Assembly (NCBI GenBank): GCA_963782055.1
Contig: CAWAIF010000002.1
Location: 160,001 to 224,000, forward strand
Source: an uncultured delta proteobacterium
Lineage (GTDB): Bacteria; Myxococcota_A; Polyangia; Polyangiales; Polyangiaceae
Length of the DNA stretch: 64,000 nucleotides
Direction: 5' to 3'
The notes below the pieces were generated by a model that saw only the letters and a program-made list of their open reading frames with translations, was not told the DNA's origin and ran no database searches. Shown here piece by piece: positions 39,409 to 48,853 of this stretch (position 1 is its first letter; each line of letters starts with the position of its first letter). The translations under genes and the position numbers were made by a program.

Positions 39409-41051
39409 GAGCCCTCTGCCTCGACGACCGTGACCACGGTCATCGGCTTGATGCGGAGGGCCTTGCCGAGGACGCGGCGCACGGCGAGGCGGGCGGCGTC
39501 GGCGCCGTCGTCGTCGCGGCGACCGCGCGCGTCGCCGGAGGCGGCGTCGGTGAAGGCCTCGCGCGCCTGCCGTGCGGCGTCGGCGAGGAGGGCGGCGTTC
39601 TCCGTCTCGTCGAGCACGCCGCGGGTGACGATGCGCGCCTCCACCCCGGCCTTGCGGACGACGATCGTCACGGCCACGACGCCCTCCGCCGCGAGGGCGG
39701 CGCGCTCCTTGAGCTGCGCGGCGCGGATGGGCCGGCCGGCGTAGACGTGGACGCGGCCCACCGGGACCGACCCGCGCTTGCCCAGGCCCGACTCGTCGAG
39801 CACGCCGACGTCGCCGTTCTCCAGGACGCAGACGCTGGGGACGCCCGACTCGCGGCCGAGCTCGGCGTGGCGCGTGAGGTGGTGGAGCGTGCCGTGCACG
39901 GGCACGAAGCAGCGTGGGCGCGCCAGCTCCAGCATGCGCTTCTGCTCCACGCGGTGGGCGTGGCCGCTCACGTGGATGGGGCGGTCGGTGATCCAGGTGC
40001 GCAGGTGCACGCCGCGGCGCAAGAGGTCGCCGATCATGGAGAAGACCTGGGGGGCGTTGCCGGGGATGGTGCGCGCGGACAGCAGCACCGTGTCCCCCGG
40101 CTCCAGCTTGAGGGACGGGTGCTCGCCGCGGGCGAGACGGGAGAGGGCGCCGCGCGCCTCCGCCTGGGTGCCGCTGGCGACGGCGAGGATGCTGGAGCGC
40201 GGCAGCTCCCCCACGCGCTCGGAGGGGAAGACGAGGTCGCTCGGCCAGTCCAGGTAGCCGACGCGGCGCGCGACGCGCGCGTGGGTCTCCACGCTGCGGC
40301 CGAGCAGCACCAGGCGGCGGCGGGCGTGGCGGGCGATCTCGCCGAGCATGCGCAGGCGGTGGACGTTGGAGGCGAAGGTGCCGACGACGACCGCGCCCTC
40401 GGCGTGGGCGATGGCCTGGTGCATGGCGTCGCCCACACCACGCTCGCTGCCGGTCTCGCCGGCGGCGTCGATGTTGGTGGAGTCGGAGAAGAGCAGGGCG
40501 ATGCCCTTCTCCCCGAGCTCGTCGACGCGGTCCACGTCGAAGGCCTCGCCGTCGGGTGGGGTGGCGTCGAACTTGAAGTCGCCGGTGTGGAGCACCGTCC
40601 CCGCGTCGGTGGTGATGGCGAGCGCGGTGGCGTCGGCGATGGAGTGGGTCACGCGGATGGGCTCGACCAGGAAGGAGCCCACCTTGTAGAGGCCGCGAGG
40701 CGTGGTCTCCACGATGCGCGCGTGCTCCAGGACCTCGTGCTCGCCCAGCCGCTCCTCGATGAGGCCCTTGGCGTAGCCCGGCGCCCAGACGGGCACGTCG
40801 AAGCGGGAGAGGAGGTACGGCAGGGCGCCGATGTGGTCCTCGTGGCCGTGGGTGATGAAGACGCCGGCGATGCGGTCGCGGTAGGCCTCCAGCGCGGAGA
40901 AATCCGGGTGGACGACGTCCACTCCCAGGCCGCGGTTGTCGAAGGTGACGCCGCAGTCGACCAGCATGACCTCCCCCCTTTGCTCCAGGGCGAGGCAGTT
41001 CATGCCCACCTCCCCCAGACCCCCCAGCGCGAAGAAGCGTAGCCGTGCCAT
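39405..41051 (-). CDS. rnj: Ribonuclease J
   Basis: LGGLGEVGMN, THGHEDHIG, HSI, HTGDFK, DSTN, FASNVHR, HVSGHA, PVHG. Confidence 0.95.
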   Translation of the reverse strand: MARLRFFALGGLGEVGMNCLALEQRGEVMLVDCGVTFDNRGLGVDVVHPDFSALEAYRDRIAGVFITHGHEDHIGALPYLLSRFDVPVWAPGYAKGLIEERLGEHEVLEHARIVETTPRGLYKVGSFLVEPIRVTHSIADATALAITTDAGTVLHTGDFKFDATPPDGEAFDVDRVDELGEKGIALLFSDSTNIDAAGETGSERGVGDAMHQAIAHAEGAVVVGTFASNVHRLRMLGEIARHARRRLVLLGRSVETHARVARRVGYLDWPSDLVFPSERVGELPRSSILAVASGTQAEARGALSRLARGEHPSLKLEPGDTVLLSARTIPGNAPQVFSMIGDLLRRGVHLRTWITDRPIHVSGHAHRVEQKRMLELARPRCFVPVHGTLHHLTRHAELGRESGVPSVCVLENGDVGVLDESGLGKRGSVPVGRVHVYAGRPIRAAQLKERAALAAEGVVAVTIVVRKAGVEARIVTRGVLDETENAALLADAARQAREAFTDAASGDARGRRDDDGADAARLAVRRVLGKALRIKPMTVVTVVEAEGS

Positions 41052-41147
41052 TCGGAGCCATCGGTACTAGCACGGGCGGGCGCGCTAGAAGAGGGTCGCC
41101 GGTCGCGTCGCGCGCCGGCCGCGCGCCGTGCTAAAAGGCGCGGGAGG

Positions 41148-42065
41148 ATGGCGGCCGAGGCGCACAAGCGATTCCTCATCGTCACGGGCAAGGGCGGCGT
41201 CGGCAAGACGACTGTGTGCGCGGCGCACGCGCTCGCCCTCGCGCAGCAGGGCAAGCGCGTGCTCATCGCCATGTGCAACGCCAAGGAGCGCCTCTCCGCC
41301 ATGCTGGGGAGCGACCTCATCGGGACCGAGGTGATCCAGGCGGCGCCCAACGTGTGGGCGGTGAACATGACGCCGGACGTCGCGCTCGAGGAGTACGGGA
41401 TGCTCGCCCTCAAGTCGAAGACGGTCTACTCCCTGCTCTTCGACAACCGGTACGTGCGGGTCTTCTTCCGGGCGGTGCCCGGCATCCACGAGTGGTCGAT
41501 GCTCGGCAAGGCGTGGTGGCACGCCACCGAGAAGCTGCCCGACGGCCGCGACCGCTTCGACGTGGTGATCCTGGACGCGCCGGCGACGGGCCACGGGCTG
41601 GACATGCTCCGCGTGCCGAAGGTGATCGTGGAGGTGGTGCCGCCGGGGCTTTTGCGCCGCGACGCCGACGCCGCGTGGGCGATGTTCCGCGATCCGGAGC
41701 AGACCGGGGTGGTCCTGGTCACCCTCCCGGAGGAGATGCCGACCACCGAGACGGTGGAGCTCGCGGCGGCGCTCACCGGCGAGCTGGGGATGACGATCGA
41801 CAAGGTGGTGGTCAACTGCGTGCTGCCGCCGCTCTTCTCGCGGGAGGAGCGCGCGACGCTCGAGGGGCTGGCGGAGGTGGAGCCGGTGGACGCCGGGGCC
41901 TCGGCGCTCGTCGCGGCCAGGCTCCGGGCGGTGCGGGAGCACGTGCAGGCGGCCTCGCTCGCCCGGCTGGCGCTGCAGTTGCCGGTGCGCACGGCGTTCC
42001 TGCCGCTCCTCTTCCAGGACGCGGCCACCCCGCAGGCCATCCGGGAGCTCGCGAAGCGGCTCTAG
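41148..42065 (+). CDS. ArsA/GET3-family P-loop ATPase
   Basis: GKGGVGKTT, PGIHE, LDAPATGH, VVVN. Confidence 0.85.
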   Translation: MAAEAHKRFLIVTGKGGVGKTTVCAAHALALAQQGKRVLIAMCNAKERLSAMLGSDLIGTEVIQAAPNVWAVNMTPDVALEEYGMLALKSKTVYSLLFDNRYVRVFFRAVPGIHEWSMLGKAWWHATEKLPDGRDRFDVVILDAPATGHGLDMLRVPKVIVEVVPPGLLRRDADAAWAMFRDPEQTGVVLVTLPEEMPTTETVELAAALTGELGMTIDKVVVNCVLPPLFSREERATLEGLAEVEPVDAGASALVAARLRAVREHVQAASLARLALQLPVRTAFLPLLFQDAATPQAIRELAKRL

Positions 42066-42127
42066 GCAGGATTTTCGTCGATTCGGGCCCAAGTGCACCG
42101 GGGGGCCATCGCGTCTACACTCATGCC

Positions 42128-45100
42128 GTGCGCTTCTCTCGCTCCGTCACCGCGCTGGCGCTCCTCTGCGCGATCTGTGCGTCCTCGCAGGCGTTCGGGC
42201 AGGATTTCGACCCCAACGGCCGCCATCACCACCCGCCGCCGAGAGGGCATCACCCGCCGACCGGCCACCACCCCCCCGTTCACGCCGTCGTCGGGCCCCA
42301 GGTCCTCATCGACCGCTACACCAAGATCGTGCTGGCGCAGCCGGGCTCGCCGTTCCCGCTGCAGCGCCTCGCCCAGCTCTACCGGGAGAAGGACGGCAAC
42401 CTGAAGAACCTGGTGGCGGACTTCGAGAAGCGCGCCGCCGCCTCCGGCGCCCAGCAGTACGCCGCCACCGTCACCCTCGCGGGCATCTACAAGGTGGAGG
42501 GTCGGGTGGAGGACGCCATCTCCACCTTCGAGAAGGCCATCCCGCTCAAGCCCGCCGACCCCGCGGCCGTCCTGGCGCTCGCCCACGCCTACCAGGACCG
42601 GGGCGACGTGAAGGCGGCGCGCGCGCGCTTCGAGCAGGCGCTGCCGCTGCAGAAGGCCAAGACGGACAAGGAGCAGACGCTCCGCACCCTGATGACCATC
42701 GCCCTGGACGCCAAGGACTGGCCGGGCGCGAGCGGCTATCACCAGCAGCTCGTCAAGCTGGAGCCCACCAGCCTCTACGTGAAGGGGGAGCTCGGCCGCG
42801 AGCTCTACTCGCGCGGGGAGTACGAGAAGGCGGAGGCGGAGCTGGAGACGGTGGTGAAGGCCGCCACGGGCGACAACCGCGCCCTCGCCCCAGCGCTCAA
42901 GGACCTCGGCCGCGCGCAGGCGAAGGCGCACGAGAACCAGAAGGCGCTCGCCACGCTCAAGCGCGCGCTGCAGGTCGCCGGGCAGGCGGCCTCGGTGCGG
43001 ACCGAGATCTTCCAGACCATCGCCGAGATCTACCGCGCCGACCAGCAGCTCCCGGTGCTCATCAAGCAGCTGGAGGACGAGCACGCCAGCGACTTCGGAC
43101 GGCTGCGACTGCTCGGCTCGCTCTACGAGGAGACGGGCGACGCGGTGAACGCCATCGCCACCTACAAGCGCGCGCTCGCGCGCAACCCGCGCGACATCGA
43201 CATGCGCCTGAAGATGGTGCGCCTGCTGCAGTCGCAGGGGGAGCTCGACAAGGCCATCACCGAGTACGAGGGCCTCATCCGCGCGGCGCCGAACAACCCG
43301 CAGTTCGTCTTCGAGGAGTGTGACGCCCTCTTGCAGCGCGGGGACCGCGCCCGCGCGCTGAAGCTCTTGGGCGAGCTGGAGGCGCGCGCGCAGCGCGACG
43401 AGGACGCGCTCAGCCGGCTCGCCGACTTCTACGGCCGCATCGGCGAGGCCGGGAAGTCCATGAAGGTGCTGCAGCGCCTGGCGACGGTGGCCGGCTCCGA
43501 CCCGACGCACCTGGTGGACCTGGGCGACCGCTACTACCAGGACGGCAACACCGCGATGGCGATGCAGACGTGGAAGCGCATCCTCACCACGGTGACGCCG
43601 CGGGCGCGGGCGCTCGCCGCGCTGGGGGAGGTGTACCTCGAGCACGACATGACCGACGACGCGCTGACGTCGCTCCGCGAGGCCACGAAGCTCGACCCGT
43701 CCAGCCTCATCTACAAGAAGCAGCTCGCCAGCGCGCTGGAGCGCAAGCAGGACCGCGAGGGCGCGCGCGTCATCTGGGAACAGCTCGCGCAGAAGGCGAA
43801 GAAGAAGGGCGACAAGATCCTGATGCGCGAGGCGCGCAGGCACATCGTGACGCTCTGGGGGCTGGAGCGCGTGCTGGAGCAGCAGCTGCCCTTGCTGGCG
43901 CAGCAGTTCAACGGCAAGCCGCCCGACGTGGAGGCGGGGCGGACGCTGGCGGAGGCGCAGATCCACCTGCGCAAGCTGGGCGACGCCGAGAAGACGCTGC
44001 GCAAGGTGATCGAGCTCGCGCCGGGCGACGAGGAGAGCTACCTCGCGCTGGAGCGTGTGCTGGTGCAGGGCAGCAAGCTGCAGGAGGCCATCGCGGTGCT
44101 GCAGAAGCTCGTCACGGTGCAGCCGAAGCGCGCGCGCGAGCTGTACTCGCGCATGGCGCAGTACGCGATGCAGCTCCACAAGGACGACGACGCGGTGAAG
44201 TACGCGGCGCGCGCGGTCGAGCTCAACCCGGACGACGCGATCGGCCACCAGAAGCTCGGCAAGATGTACCAGGACAGGCAGGACATCGCGCACGCCATCG
44301 TGGAGTACCGCGCGGCGATCGCGAAGAACGACCGCCTCTTTCCCGTGTACTTCGACCTCGCGAAGCTGCTGCTCTCCAAGGGGCAGTCGGAGGAGGCGGA
44401 CCGGCTCTACCGGCGCATCGTCCGCGGGGCCCCCGACGACGAGCTGGTGGGGCAGGCGGTGCACCAGTCGATGAGCATCGAGCAGGGCAAGGGCTCGACG
44501 GAGCCGCTGGAGCAGGACCTCTTGCCGCTCGCCATCGGCAACCCGCAGCGCACCATCTACCGGCGCTCGCTCGTGACGATCTACGGCAACCTCACCTTCC
44601 CGCTGGTGCAGCGCGTGCGGCGCGGCGAGGGCGGGAAGGAGGCGGCGGCGGCGCGCGCGGAGCTGGCGCGCATCGGCGCGCGGGCGGTGAAGCCGCTGCT
44701 CGACACCCTCGCCGACGGCGACGAGACGCAGCAGAAGACCGCCATCGACATGCTCGCCTACGTGCAGAACAAGAACGCGGGGCCCGCGCTCTTCTCCTTC
44801 GCCACCGGGACGGCGGACCAGTCGCTGCGCATCCGCGCGATGGTGGCGTGCGGCGCGCTCGGAGACCCGGGCCTGATCGGGCGCTACCGGGAGCTGCTCT
44901 TCCCCAAGGCGCAGCCCGGCGAGGACGCGATGCCCTCCGACCCGGTGGCCGTCGCGGCGGTGTGGGGGCTCGCCCGGATGAACGACAAGCGCACCCTGGG
45001 CCTTCTGCGCGACCTCGCGCAGAAGGGGACCCCGGAGATGCGCGCGCTCGCCGTCCTGGGCCTGGGGCAGCTCCACGACAAGGCCTCGGTGGCGCGCATC

Positions 45101-46201
45101 GCCGACATCGCCCGGAGCCCCGACGCCGGCAACGTGGCGCGGGCTGGGGCGGCGTACGCGCTGGGCGACCTGGGCGCGGAGGCGGAGGCGCCCACCCTCC
45201 TCGCGCTCGCGCAGGGGACCGACCCTCTCCCGCGGGAGCTGGCGCTCGTCGCCCTGGCCCGCATGGGCGCGCGCAAGAGCGCGGACCCGCCGGGCGGCAA
45301 GGCGGCGATCGCGGCGATGGCCGACGCGGTCTTCGCGGGTGGAGACGTGGAGAGCTCTCGCGCCCGGCAGACCGCCGAGGCGCTGCAGCACGCTGGCGCG
45401 GCGTCGCTGGTGCTGCTGGCCAACCCCGCGCTCGTCCGGACGGCCCCGGAGGAGCTCCCGGTGCCGGACGATCTGCTCGACGTCGAGGCGTCCCTCGCCG
45501 AGCTCGTGCCGAAGGAGGCGGGCGAGAAGCAGCGGGCGGCGGCGCTCGTGCGGTTCGCCGAGCCGCTCCAGCACGCCGCGCTCTCGGCGCTGGAGACGTC
45601 GGGGGACCGCGCGCGCTCGGTGCTGGACGCGCTGGGCACCGGGGAGGGGACCTTCCAGCCCTTCGTGCAGCCGGACGCGGGGTCCGCGGCGGCGGCGGCG
45701 ACGAAGAAGGCGAAGGACATCGCGCAGGCGCTGGAGCCGGCGGTCGTGCCGCTCGCGCGGCACCCCAGCGCGGCGATGCGCACCAAGGCGATCGTGCTGC
45801 TCGCGCACGGGAACACCCCGGCGGCGCTGGCGGCGGTGGTGCGCGCGGTCGACGACCAGGACGAGAGCGTGCAGCGCGTGGCGCTCTCGGCGATGGGCGC
45901 GCGGCCGGACCCGGCGGCGGTGACGGTCGTGGCGCGGCTGGTGAAGACGCACCCCAACTGGGCGATGCGCGTGCTGGGCGCGCAGGCGCTGGGTCGCCTC
46001 GGCGCCGCGGGCTCGGGGGCCGAGGCGGCGCGCGCGCTGCGCGAGCTGGCCACGAAGGACTCGTACGCGCTGGTGCGGGAGGCGGCGCTGGTCGCGCTGG
46101 CGAGCTACGACAAGGCGGATGGCGCGGCGCTGGCGCGGCAGATGAGCAAGGGGGATCCGGAGCCCCGGGTCCGGGAGACGGCGCTCCGGATACTGAGGTA
46201 G
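42128..46201 (+). CDS. Large secreted TPR + HEAT repeat protein
   Basis: GTG start with signal peptide, His/Pro-rich segment, many TPR repeats followed by HEAT repeats. Confidence 0.8.
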   Translation: MRFSRSVTALALLCAICASSQAFGQDFDPNGRHHHPPPRGHHPPTGHHPPVHAVVGPQVLIDRYTKIVLAQPGSPFPLQRLAQLYREKDGNLKNLVADFEKRAAASGAQQYAATVTLAGIYKVEGRVEDAISTFEKAIPLKPADPAAVLALAHAYQDRGDVKAARARFEQALPLQKAKTDKEQTLRTLMTIALDAKDWPGASGYHQQLVKLEPTSLYVKGELGRELYSRGEYEKAEAELETVVKAATGDNRALAPALKDLGRAQAKAHENQKALATLKRALQVAGQAASVRTEIFQTIAEIYRADQQLPVLIKQLEDEHASDFGRLRLLGSLYEETGDAVNAIATYKRALARNPRDIDMRLKMVRLLQSQGELDKAITEYEGLIRAAPNNPQFVFEECDALLQRGDRARALKLLGELEARAQRDEDALSRLADFYGRIGEAGKSMKVLQRLATVAGSDPTHLVDLGDRYYQDGNTAMAMQTWKRILTTVTPRARALAALGEVYLEHDMTDDALTSLREATKLDPSSLIYKKQLASALERKQDREGARVIWEQLAQKAKKKGDKILMREARRHIVTLWGLERVLEQQLPLLAQQFNGKPPDVEAGRTLAEAQIHLRKLGDAEKTLRKVIELAPGDEESYLALERVLVQGSKLQEAIAVLQKLVTVQPKRARELYSRMAQYAMQLHKDDDAVKYAARAVELNPDDAIGHQKLGKMYQDRQDIAHAIVEYRAAIAKNDRLFPVYFDLAKLLLSKGQSEEADRLYRRIVRGAPDDELVGQAVHQSMSIEQGKGSTEPLEQDLLPLAIGNPQRTIYRRSLVTIYGNLTFPLVQRVRRGEGGKEAAAARAELARIGARAVKPLLDTLADGDETQQKTAIDMLAYVQNKNAGPALFSFATGTADQSLRIRAMVACGALGDPGLIGRYRELLFPKAQPGEDAMPSDPVAVAAVWGLARMNDKRTLGLLRDLAQKGTPEMRALAVLGLGQLHDKASVARIADIARSPDAGNVARAGAAYALGDLGAEAEAPTLLALAQGTDPLPRELALVALARMGARKSADPPGGKAAIAAMADAVFAGGDVESSRARQTAEALQHAGAASLVLLANPALVRTAPEELPVPDDLLDVEASLAELVPKEAGEKQRAAALVRFAEPLQHAALSALETSGDRARSVLDALGTGEGTFQPFVQPDAGSAAAAATKKAKDIAQALEPAVVPLARHPSAAMRTKAIVLLAHGNTPAALAAVVRAVDDQDESVQRVALSAMGARPDPAAVTVVARLVKTHPNWAMRVLGAQALGRLGAAGSGAEAARALRELATKDSYALVREAALVALASYDKADGAALARQMSKGDPEPRVRETALRILR

Positions 46202-46218
46202 GGGTATGCTGGTCCCAC

Positions 46219-46722
46219 ATGGGGACACTGCGCGCTCCGGGGGTGATGATGGTGACGCTGGCGCTCGCCGCGTGTCAAGACGCGTCGCGCTTCTCCACCG
46301 GGACCGACCACTACGAGGGCGTCGTCGTCGCCGGCAGCTTCGTGCGCGCGGGCATCGACGAGGGCACCCGCATGTGCATGACCTTCGACGCCAACCACAT
46401 CCAGGACGCACCGGGGACGCTCACCACGTCCGACGGCCGCTTCAAGAACTCGCCGCTCCGGCCGATGCCGCAGATCTGGCACGACCCGCTCTCCACGCTG
46501 TCGTTCGGCGAGGGGCGCTCGCAGAACATGATGTACGTCGCGGCGCCGGACTCCGCGGTGGATCCGCAGGGGGACGTGACGGTCGTCGTGTCGCTCATGG
46601 AGTCGGGGAGCGTGGAGGTCCGCCTGATGCGCGGCGCGCCCGCGCCGCCGGGCGGGACGTCACCGCCGCCGCTCTTCGCGGTGTTTCCGCTGGACATGAC
46701 GCCCGGCGAGTGTCCGTTCTAG
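46219..46722 (+). CDS. Hypothetical lipoprotein
   Basis: Lipobox LAAC; GC3-rich codons. Confidence 0.65.
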   Translation: MGTLRAPGVMMVTLALAACQDASRFSTGTDHYEGVVVAGSFVRAGIDEGTRMCMTFDANHIQDAPGTLTTSDGRFKNSPLRPMPQIWHDPLSTLSFGEGRSQNMMYVAAPDSAVDPQGDVTVVVSLMESGSVEVRLMRGAPAPPGGTSPPPLFAVFPLDMTPGECPF

Positions 46723-46808
46723 CCGAGGGTGGACGCACCCCGCGACCTCCGCCGGCCACGTGGTCGTCGACGTCCACGCAGGCGAGCACGAAGGAGAAGA
46801 CGCGCGCG

Positions 46809-47252
46809 CTACCCCGTCCCGCCACCAGCCCGCGCCACGGAGGCGTTGAGGATGGCGGTGCGCAAGTCGTCCAGATCGAAGGGCTTCCAGAACACCGCCG
46901 CCGCGCCGAGCCGCGCCGCGAGCGTGCGCACCGAGCTGTCACGCTGCGCGGTGATCAGCACGACCGGCACGTTCCACCTGGAGCGACGCAGCGTGCTCAG
47001 CACGCCCAGCCCGGAGAAGCCGGGCATCAGCACGTCGGTGACGACCACGTCCGGCCGCCTCAGCGGATGATCGAAGGCGTCGCTCAGCAGCTCCAGCAGC
47101 TCCGCGCCGTCCTTCGCCTCGACGACCTCGTAGCCGTCCGATCGCAGGCCCTCGCCGATGAGGTTGCGCATGTCCTCGTCGTCCTCGGCGAGGAAGATGG
47201 TGGTCGGCCGGCGCGGCGCCGGATCGCGGCCGCGGGTTAGCGGGTACTTCAT
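46809..47252 (-). CDS. Single-domain response regulator
   Basis: LAEDD, VTDVLMP (phospho-Asp), ITA, KPF. Confidence 0.88.
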   Translation of the reverse strand: MKYPLTRGRDPAPRRPTTIFLAEDDEDMRNLIGEGLRSDGYEVVEAKDGAELLELLSDAFDHPLRRPDVVVTDVLMPGFSGLGVLSTLRRSRWNVPVVLITAQRDSSVRTLAARLGAAAVFWKPFDLDDLRTAILNASVARAGGGTG

Positions 47253-47264
47253 GCTCGACGTTCA

Positions 47265-47280
47265 TGCAGGGGGCGTGCCG
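47265..47280 (-). promoter_or_regulatory. Putative sigma54 promoter P1 (for the response regulator)
   Basis: Minus strand reads CGGCACGCCCCCTGCA = GG-N10-GC with GGCACG; ATG lies 14 nt from the -12 C. Confidence 0.65.
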
Positions 47281-47321
47281 CGCGGCGTCCGCGCGTGGGC
47301 TCAACACGAGCATTCGAGCGA

Positions 47322-47336
47322 GTGACTTTTTGCTAC
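47322..47336 (-). promoter_or_regulatory. Putative enhancer (UAS) GTAGC-AAAAA-GTCAC
   Basis: Imperfect palindrome 42 nt upstream of the P1 GG; the same motif recurs at 57279. Confidence 0.55.
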
Positions 47337-47365
47337 ACGTATCGAGATAGCGTGCTACCCCAGAA

Positions 47366-48754
47366 GTGATGATGCGCAGGGTCCTCATCATCGATGACGA
47401 CGAGAGTCTGTGCGAGCTGCTCGCCAGCGGCCTGGCCTCGCGCGGGTTCGACGCGTCCTTCCGGACCGCGCCGTCGGCGGCTCTCGATGCGCTCGCCGCC
47501 GACCACTACGACGCCGTCGTCACCGACCTGCGGATGCGCGAGATGAGCGGCATCGAGCTCTGCGATCGCGTCCTGCTCACCCACCCAGACGTGCCGGTGG
47601 TCCTCATCACGGCCCACGGGGACGTCGACGCCGCGGTGGCCGCGCTCCGCGTCCGCGCCTTCGACTTCCTCTCCAAACCCGTGGACGTGGAGCTGCTCGC
47701 CTCCGTGCTCGCGCGCGCCACCAGCCGCCCCCCGGCGCACCAGGCGCGGCGGCGCTCCCGCCGCAACAAGGGGGCTGACCCGGCCGACGGGCTCATCGGC
47801 GAGAGTGCGCCGATGCAGGCGCTCCGCGCCCTGATGGATCGCGTGGCTCGGGTGGACACCTCGGTGCTCATCGGCGGCGAGACGGGCACGGGCAAGGAGC
47901 TGGTCGCCCGGGGCCTCCACGCGCTGAGCGCGCGCAGCGACGGTCCCTTCGTCGCCATCAACTGCGCGGCCCTGCCGGAGAGCCTGCTCGAGGCGGAGCT
48001 GTTCGGCTACGCCAAGGGCGCCTTCACCGACGCGCGGACGGACCGCTCCGGCCTGTTCGAGCGGGCGCGAGGCGGCACCTTGCTGCTGGACGAGATCGGC
48101 GAGATGCAGCTCGGCCTGCAGCCCAAGCTCCTGCGCGTGCTGCAGGAGCGGGTCGTTCGCCCCGTGGGCAGCGACCGCGAGATCCCCACCGACGTGCGCG
48201 TCATCGCGTCCACCAACCGGGATCTGCAGACCGCCGTCGCGGCGAAGCAGTTCCGCGAGGACCTGTTCTACCGCATCGACGTCATCGAGATCCGCGTCCC
48301 GCCGCTGCGCGAGCGCGGATGCGACGCACTGCTGCTCGCCGCGCACTTCGTCCGGGAGTTCTCCCGCGGGACCGGCAAGTCCATCGAAGGCCTCACGCCC
48401 GGCGCGAGCGAGAAGATCGCCTCGTACACGTGGCCCGGGAACGTCCGGGAGCTGCGCAACTGCATCGAGCGGGCCGTCGCCCTCACCACGGCCGACCGCA
48501 TCGGCCTGGACGACTTCCCCGATCGGGTGCGGCGCGTGCCCTCGCTCCCCGAGACCTCCGAGCTCAGCGAGCTCCTCCCGCTGGTAGAGGTGGAGCACCG
48601 GTACATCCAGCGTGTGCTCGACGCGGCGCACGGCAACAAGAGCCTCGCCGCGCGGATCCTCGGGGTGGACCGCCGCACGCTCTATCGCAGGGAGGAGCAC
48701 CGGCACCTCACCAAGGCGGACGAGCCGGTGGACCTGACGCGCCCCCGGAAATGA
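47366..48754 (+). CDS. Sigma54-dependent response regulator (NtrC family: REC-AAA+-HTH)
   Basis: [47 protein letters not shown], Fis-type HTH. Confidence 0.95.
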   Translation: MMMRRVLIIDDDESLCELLASGLASRGFDASFRTAPSAALDALAADHYDAVVTDLRMREMSGIELCDRVLLTHPDVPVVLITAHGDVDAAVAALRVRAFDFLSKPVDVELLASVLARATSRPPAHQARRRSRRNKGADPADGLIGESAPMQALRALMDRVARVDTSVLIGGETGTGKELVARGLHALSARSDGPFVAINCAALPESLLEAELFGYAKGAFTDARTDRSGLFERARGGTLLLDEIGEMQLGLQPKLLRVLQERVVRPVGSDREIPTDVRVIASTNRDLQTAVAAKQFREDLFYRIDVIEIRVPPLRERGCDALLLAAHFVREFSRGTGKSIEGLTPGASEKIASYTWPGNVRELRNCIERAVALTTADRIGLDDFPDRVRRVPSLPETSELSELLPLVEVEHRYIQRVLDAAHGNKSLAARILGVDRRTLYRREEHRHLTKADEPVDLTRPRK

Positions 48755-48824
48755 TTTCGGACGTGTGGCGCTTTTGCACGCAGGTCTCGCCATCCGCGGG
48801 CCGCAAGCTGGCGGAAAGGTGAGA

Positions 48825-48840
48825 GGGCATGAGGGTTGCA
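48825..48840 (+). promoter_or_regulatory. Putative sigma54 promoter P2 (hybrid kinase-gvp operon)
   Basis: GGGCATGAGGGTTGCA = GG-N10-GC matching TGGCACG-N4-TTGCW; in-frame ATG at 48854. Confidence 0.7.
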
Positions 48841-48853
48841 GCCCCGTGGCCGA

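Noticed and set aside
42062..46411. Very long antisense and alternate-frame ORFs (also 11532-14246, 24760-27384, 47333-49954, 57314-59575)
   Set aside because: Expected stop-codon scarcity opposite high-GC3 genes; no recognisable motifs.
48011..48034. GAFTDA instead of GAFTGA as a sign of an inactive activator
   Set aside because: This variant is common among myxobacterial and deltaproteobacterial enhancer-binding proteins, and the other AAA+ motifs are intact.
48766..48778. TGGCGCTTTTGCA as a sigma54 promoter
   Set aside because: GG-GC spacing is 7 rather than 10. It fits better as part of an upstream activator site, and the correctly spaced promoter is at 48825-48840.
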